Shown here: positions 57,534-64,000 of the stretch, in pieces | Numbering within the stretch: position 1 is the stretch's first letter | Layout: every line of letters begins with the position of its first letter | Origin: the human T2T-CHM13v2.0 reference genome, Homo sapiens | Length of the DNA: 64,000 bases | Reading direction: 5' to 3' | Assembly: GCA_009914755.4 (NCBI GenBank) | Contig: CP068257.2 | Location: 19,456,001 to 19,520,000 of the forward strand | Made by a program: the position numbers and the translations under genes | The notes under the pieces: model-generated | Databases searched by the model: none | What the model was told of the DNA's origin: nothing | The model's input: the letters and a program-made list of their open reading frames with translations, nothing else

Positions 57534-59121
57534 TGATATGTTTATAAAATACCCTATTTATATAGGATATTTAAATTAGGATAATTTTTCATTCTCTATA
57601 TAATATATAGGATAATAATAGGATGAATAACATATAGGATATATATAAAGTGAAAAGCCAGTGCTGTGATTCCAGTCTGAATCTGAAGACCTGAGAACCG
57701 GGGGCACTGAGGGCAGGATAAGATGGATGTTCCAGCTCAGGCATTGAGGCAGAGAGAGTGCCAATCCTACCTTCCTCCCATTTTCTCCTATTCAGGCTCT
57801 CAATGTATCCTATGCTGTTCAGCCACATTGGGAAGGGCCATGTGCTTTATTTACTCAGCACACCAATTCAAATGCTAATCTTTTTTAGAAACAACTGTAT
57901 AAACATACTCAGAAATTATGTTTGATCAGATATCTGGGCAGCCTGTGTTCAGTCAAGTTAACACATAAAATTAATCATCACAGAGGATGTGTACTTAATT
58001 ATTTTGACCTCATAAATGAAGGCTTTCTCTAACTTTAATACTGTGGAACAAGCAGGGATACACAGCATGCCTAAGCAAAAATGCAAATAACTGGTGATAG
58101 TTTCTACTGGAAGATACTTCACAGGTAGGGGCACGTCTCTTTGACTGCTTTGTCATCAAACAGCCTCTCTGGAAAAATTTATTTGTCCTTGTAGGGAGAA
58201 GAAGATACTGTTAAAGTGGAGATTTTAAAATAAACCTAAAGTATGCAGATATACAGTGTTCAACACCAAAAACCTTAAGAACAGACATCTTCATTTTAAA
58301 TTTTCCTTTAGAATCTTTAAAAGTAGATAAGAATCCTAGGCCTGAAGCTTTTTTTGAGAGACGCTTTTTTAGGAACTGCTGTAAGAAGTATTCATAAGTA
58401 CTTAAGTTGTCATAGTTATTAATAGTTCTGAGAATTTCCCTTAGATTTCCCAGTATATTCAGTTGATGTTCAAATCTTTGCAGAGAAGTTGACCTGAAGG
58501 AGAATTAGGAAATTAACAGAATTAGAAAATAATTATAATCTGGGAATTATTCTTACAGTAGAAATAGTGTCAGTCTAAAGTTGTATATCTCATACCATAT
58601 TTACTAAAATTATTTATTTTGCTGGTAAGGCATGCATAAGCCACAGTGTATTTCCAAAAGAATATCCAGCTCTTTCAATGACGATTACTAATGTCCCTTT
58701 TCAAATTTAATGATTATAGGACCTTAGTTCAAATAAAAATACTGTATATATGTGGTTCTATTTCTGGACTCTATTATGTTCCATGAATCTGTATTTCTAT
58801 CATTATTCCAGCACTAAATTGTCTGGATATCTGTAAGTTTGTATAAAATCTTGAAATAAGGTAATGCACACTGTCTTTGTTCTTTATTGGAAAAATATTT
58901 TGGCTATTTGAGGTCTTCCTTTTCCATATAAATTTAAAACCTTCTTGGCAATTTTCTCAAAAAAAGTCTGCAGTTCATTTTTGGAGAATTACATTGAATC
59001 TATAGGTCAACTTGGAGATAATTGATATATTAGTAATATAGATTTTTCCAATTCAAGGTCATGGAATATTTCTCAATTTATTTAGATCTCTTTTAACTTC
59101 AGGAACTTTGTCTACTTTTTG

Positions 59122-59790
59122 ATTTTTTATTTTACCTTAAGTTCTGGGATACATGTGCAGAATGTGCAGGTTTGTTACATAGGTATACATGTGCCTTGGT
59201 GGTTTGCTGCACGTATCAACCCATCATCTAGGTTTTAAGCCCTGCATGCATTAGGTATTTATCCTAATGCTCTCCCTCCCCTTGCCCCCCACCCCCCGAC
59301 AGGGCCCGGTGTGTGCTGTTTCCCTCCCTGTGCCCATGTGTTCTCATTTTTCAACTCCCACTTATCAGTGAGCACGTGTGGTGTTTGGTTTTGTTCCTGT
59401 GTTAGTTTGCTGAAAATGATGGCTTCCAGCTTCATCCATGTCCTTACAAAGGACATGATCTCATTGTTTTTTATGGCTGCATAGTATTACATGGTGTATA
59501 TGTGCCACATTTTCTTTATCCTGTCTATCATTGATGGGGCATTTGAGTTGGTTCCAAGTCTTTGCTATTGTAAATAATGTTTCAATAAACATACATGTGC
59601 CTGTTTCTTTATAGTAGAATGATTTATAATCCTTTGGGTATATAGCCCATAATGGGATTGCTGGATCAAATGGTGTTTCTAGTTCTAGATCCTTTAGGAA
59701 TTGCCACACTATTTTCCACAACGGTTGAACTAATTTACAGTCCCACCAACAGTGTAAAAGCGTCCCTATTTCTCCACAGCCTTCTACTTT
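59122..59790 (-). mobile_element. L1 LINE 3' end (young L1PA-like): ORF2 C-terminus plus 3' UTR, tail end at ~59122
   Basis: ttttttattttaccttaagttctgggatacatgtgcagaatgtgcaggtttgttacataggtatacatgtgcc... is the reverse complement of the L1 3' terminus; minus-strand ORFs 59259-59456 (MSFVRTWMKLEAIIFSKLTQEQ...) and 59461-59721 (...TIAKTWNQLKCP...) match the L1 ORF2 C-terminal protein. Confidence 0.9.
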
Positions 59791-62700
59791 TATGTGTTTA
59801 GGTTCCTTATATATTATGTGAAATTTTTTTCTAAATATTTTGTGTTTTTATTACTGTAAATGGTATTGTGTTTATAGCAAAGGTATTTTTCTTTGTGGAT
59901 ATAGAAATACAATTAATTATTGCATGTTGAGCAGTACCTTGCAAATATATTTACTTATTCTTATAGTTTTTTAAAATGTAATTTCTGCGAGTTGCTTACA
60001 AATTATTTGTGAATTAGTTTTACTTCTTGCCAAGATTTATACTTTTTTCTTTGTTTTCTTGCCTAGTCTGCTGCCTAGGGATTCCAGAAAAATTGTGAAT
60101 AGAGGTGATGAGAACAGATATCCTTGTCTTGTTCCTGATTTCAGGGAGAAAATATGCAAATTTTCACTATCAAATATGAGGTTAAATGTAGACTTTTAAA
60201 AGAGATTCTTGATCAGATTGAGGAAATGTTCTTATATTCCTAGTTTGCTATTTTATTATTAATTGATGTTGAATTTTGTCAGATTTTGGAGGCATCTATC
60301 TTTATGATCATATGGTTTTTATCTTTTATTTTATATATGTGATAACTTCCATTGTTTGATTTCCATTCTTGGGATAAATCCAGCTTCATCATGATATTGT
60401 CTGTGGTATATATTGTTAGATTCATTTTTCTTATATTTTCTTTTGGATTTCTGTGTCTATATTAGTGATGGTATTGTTTTCTGGTAATATATTTTTCTGC
60501 ATTTGGTATAAAGATAATGATATTTTTATAAAATTAATTGGGAAGTGTTCTCTGTTGATTTTAATTGGGAAGTGCTCTCTGTTGATTTTATGAAAAAGTT
60601 TATAGAAGCTGGATGCTATTTTTTCTTAAATGGTTGACAAAATTTATGGGCTATGTCATCTTGGCTAACTTTTTTTTGTGGGAAGATTTTAAAAATATAA
60701 TATATTTTTAATCGTGATATGTTTGATTGATACCATTCTTGTGTCAGTTTTGGTGGGTTTTGTCTTTCAAGGAGATTAGGATGATTAAATTTATATTTTT
60801 ATTTTCCAGTGTTATTTAAATCAATTAAAAAAACACTTCTGCATCTGGCAATTTAGATATATTTTTATTACCTATTTTGAATGTGATTCCTTAGGTTTAG
60901 ATAATATAATCTGGAGGATTTAGTCATATTACACTTTAGACTTAATTATGTTCCAGAATATTAAGTATCTTAGATAATATTTAATGTGTATTTTTTATCA
61001 TTATACTTCAAATTGTAAGGTACATGTGCACAACGTGCATGTTTGTTACAACATGTGCCATGTTGGTGTGCTGCACCTCATTTAATGTGTGTTTGAAAAG
61101 ACTATTCAGTAGTTGTTGGTTGTAGTGTATTATTAATGGTTATTAGGTAAAGTTTGCTAATAGGCTAATTCACATCTTCTAAATTCTGACCTAGTTTAGT
61201 CTACCTGTTTTACTTTCTCAGAGTGGAATGGTATAGCCTCTACCTATAATTGTTGATTGATTCCTGTTAATTCTGTCAGGATTTCCTTTCAGTTCTTCAG
61301 GTATTTGGAAGCGCTGGTAGTGGCATACACGTACAGGATTTTTATGTCTTTCTTGTGAAATGATTCTTATTATTTGAAATGACCTCCGTTATATCTAATC
61401 ATGTTGTAATAAACTTGGGTCCTGATACTAATAGAGACTTCCCAGCCATCATATGATTAGTGTTTGCATGATGTGTTTTTCCATGCTTATGTTTTTAAAT
61501 CTGTTTCCATTCTTTTCTCGTTTGCATTATTTCTGATGCACTGTCACCATTGTTCTTATTTGTTCTTTTGTGCATTAAGTGACTTTTTTCTCTAGCTGCT
61601 CTCAAGATTTTAATTCTTGATTTTTAGAAATATTGTTATGATATACCTCATTATAATTTCTTTATGTGTATCCTAATTAGAGATTATTAAGTTTTTTTGA
61701 ATTTGTGGGTTTGTATTGCTTAATAAAATGTGGAAATTTTCCACTATATATTTCTTCAGTCATTTTATGCCCTCTCTTCTGGAACTCTAACTCCATGTAT
61801 GTTGGACTGGCTGACGTTTTATCACAGTCAATGACTGATGCTTTGCTCATTTATTTTTTTCTCTCCATGTTTCAGTTTGGATAATTTTAATTGTGATGTC
61901 CTAAAGTTTACTATTTTTCTTCTGTTAAGCACAGCCAGTGAGCATTTAATTTAGATTTTGTACTTATAGCTTTAAAGTTCCGTTTTATTTTTTCCCAATG
62001 GTTTCCATTTCCCTTTATCCTGATTTATATTTTCCTTCAAATCCTCGAATATATATGCTAATTCCATTTTATTTTTCATTTATATATATTTCTGTGGATA
62101 TATTTTCTCCTGCTTGTGGGTCACATTTCCATGAATTTTCAGTAGTCTACTGTTTTTTGTTATATGTTGGTCGTCGTGATTATCATATTGTTGAGTTTCT
62201 AGACGTTGGTATTTTCCTTTAAAGCAGATTGTATTACTTTGTGGCAACAATTGAAACATTTCAGGGTTAAGATGATCTGCTTAAGCCCTGTTTTAAAGTA
62301 TTTTAGGCTAGACTTTGTGGAGCCAGTACTCTAGAAGTAGCTTAGTTCTACTTCACCGTTTTGGGTTTTTTGGGGTCTGTATTGAATATTCCAGTTACTC
62401 AACAAATCACTGTACTCTGCCTTAATGGAACTTGGAAATCTCTCAGCAACCTGAGTTCTGGTAGCGTTCCAGTTTACCACTCTCCAGTAGTTGTTGTTTC
62501 CCTCTCTAAGATTAGCTTAGTATTCAACTACAGACTCAATGGGACACTTATGCTGATGTCTGGAGCTCCTTCTATGTAGCCTCCTGTTCTATAATAATCT
62601 GACATAAACTTTAGCCATCTTAACTCCTGTAAAGTTGCGTATGTGTCTTCATAGCACATAGAAACCACTGTGCCATTTTCCCCCTCAGTATTGTGTCTGG

Positions 62701-62800
62701 TAAGTGTCTCCAGGAAGAAAGTCAGGGTGATCTAGTTTTTTCCCCTTCTCTCAGGGATTAATATTCTCTACTGCCTGTTTACCAGATGTGACAGTATTTA
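59790..62800 (-). mobile_element. Older L1 fragments seen as antisense of the ORF2/RT region (mosaic; includes a short young-L1 3'-end piece at ~61010-61080)
   Basis: T-rich L1-antisense-like text: gttgaattttgtcagattttggaggcatctatctttatgatcatatggtttttatc...ccattcttgggataaatccagcttcatcatgatattgtctgtgg resembles antisense L1 (gttgaattttgtcaaatgctttttctgcatctattgagatgatcatgtggttttt...cccagggataaatcccacttggtcatggtg); caaattgtaaggtacatgtgcacaacgtgcatgtttgttacaacatgtgccatgttggtgtgctgcacc at 61012-61080 is an L1 3'-terminal motif. Confidence 0.5.
60535..60588. repeat. 27-bp tandem duplication inside the L1 fragment
   Basis: aattgggaagtgttctctgttgatttt followed immediately by aattgggaagtgctctctgttgatttt. 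Confidence 0.85.
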
Positions 62801-64000
62801 TTTTTTATTTCTGTTTTTTAGTTGTTTAGATGAAAGGGATTGTCTGGAGTCAACTATACCGTCATGGCCAGCCATGGAAAATTCACTATTTTTTTTTTTT
62901 TTGTAATAATGTATTAGTAATTGGGTGCCTTTACAAAGCTCTTTCCTTTACATCTGGAAGACAATTCCATTATCATTTTGTTTGACTCTTTCAGATCTTA
63001 GTTTAAATGTCATTTTTTTTTTCATGAAGCTCCCTGGAATCTGCATGTCCAAATGTCTTCTTTATATGCTGTCAGTATTCTGTGCTTTCTCCATAAGTGA
63101 ACTTACACTACTATGCTGTGTTTATTTGCCCCTTGCCTTGTATATATGCATAACTAAATTACACACAACATAAATATATAGAAATGTATAATATAATAGA
63201 AAAGTATGAAATATTGAGTACCATAAATGTGCATATTTAAATGAACGTTTGGAGGAGAAAGAAATCCATTTTAAGTAGTGGAAAAGCAAACATCATGACT
63301 TTTGTAAGACATGGTTGAATGTGAGCATTTTGGAATGGGAGGGAGCCACATTTTAGTCATGGTGGGGGGTACCGTGCGAACAATGGAACCAAAATTTGCA
63401 GTTTTGAAAACATATAAGTGAATGTTTGAATATAACTTGGGTCAAAATGTGAAGAGTATTGAATGATGGAGCTATGATGGAAAAGTACATTCAATCTATT
63501 AAGGGGTTTTGCAGTAAGAGACTGATGAGTTTAGATCATTCTGAAAGCATTTTAAAGGTAGAGGAGGTAGACTTAATTGGGCAGCTTTTAAAGTAGCTAG
63601 GTCAAAGTATGACAGCCAAATAAGGTGTGGGAGAGAGAGAAGGGGCATGTTCAAAGTGTATTCTTAATTTTTATTTTTCTTGGTTAAATATATGATTAAG
63701 TTTATAAATGAGATAGAGAATATGTGATAAGTGAAAAAAATGTTTTAGAGAAGAGGTCATATTATTTTTAGCATGCAAATTTGGAGATGCCTGCTGCATG
63801 TTCATGTATATTGTCTGTTTGGCACTTAAATTATGGGTTTCCACGATATATGGGGATAGAATAACAAGTTAGATAACATCATAAAGAAACAATCAGCCAA
63901 ATCCATATGGGGGATTACATAGATAAAATGACTTATTTTATCTAGCATATCAATTATATGAGGAAAGAAACATTGTTATGGAATAAAAAGTTTTATGAGC

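Noticed and set aside
59259-59721. Minus-strand ORFs resembling a reverse transcriptase/endonuclease C-terminus
   Set aside because: These are remnants of L1 ORF2 inside a truncated L1PA-like 3' fragment. They are not a cellular gene and not an intact element.

Overview
This window is primate (human-type) nuclear DNA, not a prokaryotic locus. It carries about 16 Alu SINEs (primate-specific), L1 LINE fragments that include a young L1PA-like 3' end, MaLR LTRs (THE1/MST and MLT1 types), MIR cores and many microsatellites and minisatellites. It is AT-rich and CpG-depleted, and I could not support any protein-coding exon, rRNA, tRNA or CRISPR array. The supplied six-frame ORFs are artefacts of prokaryote-style ORF calling. 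Many are direct translations of Alu elements (e.g. 24381-24653, 26153-26410, 30293-30478, 32653-32970, 33367-33663, 41173-41439, 43714-44007, 44367-44769, 46135-46491, 52094-52339), of L1 ORF2 remnants (59259-59721, minus strand) or of tandem repeats (34840-35040, 56585-56838). Repeat content is uneven: 1-24 kb is almost Alu-free and AT-rich with old LTR/MIR/L1 debris; 24-54 kb is an Alu cluster, including an Alu-in-Alu nested insertion; 54-64 kb is dominated by L1 fragments plus an unusual complex-repeat block. The most distinctive, non-routine structures are listed below. (1) A GC/CpG-rich hierarchical minisatellite at 56582-56950, with a 27-bp unit nested in a ~124-bp higher-order unit. (2) Immediately downstream of it, a ~185-bp AT-rich near-palindrome (PATRR-like) at 57350-57533. 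(3) A perfect 35-bp-stem hairpin at 20095-20186. (4) An AT-rich 27-bp-unit VNTR with internal palindromes at 34880-35440. All coordinates were read by eye and may be off by a few bases. Repeat family names rest on recognising consensus motifs, not on a database search.
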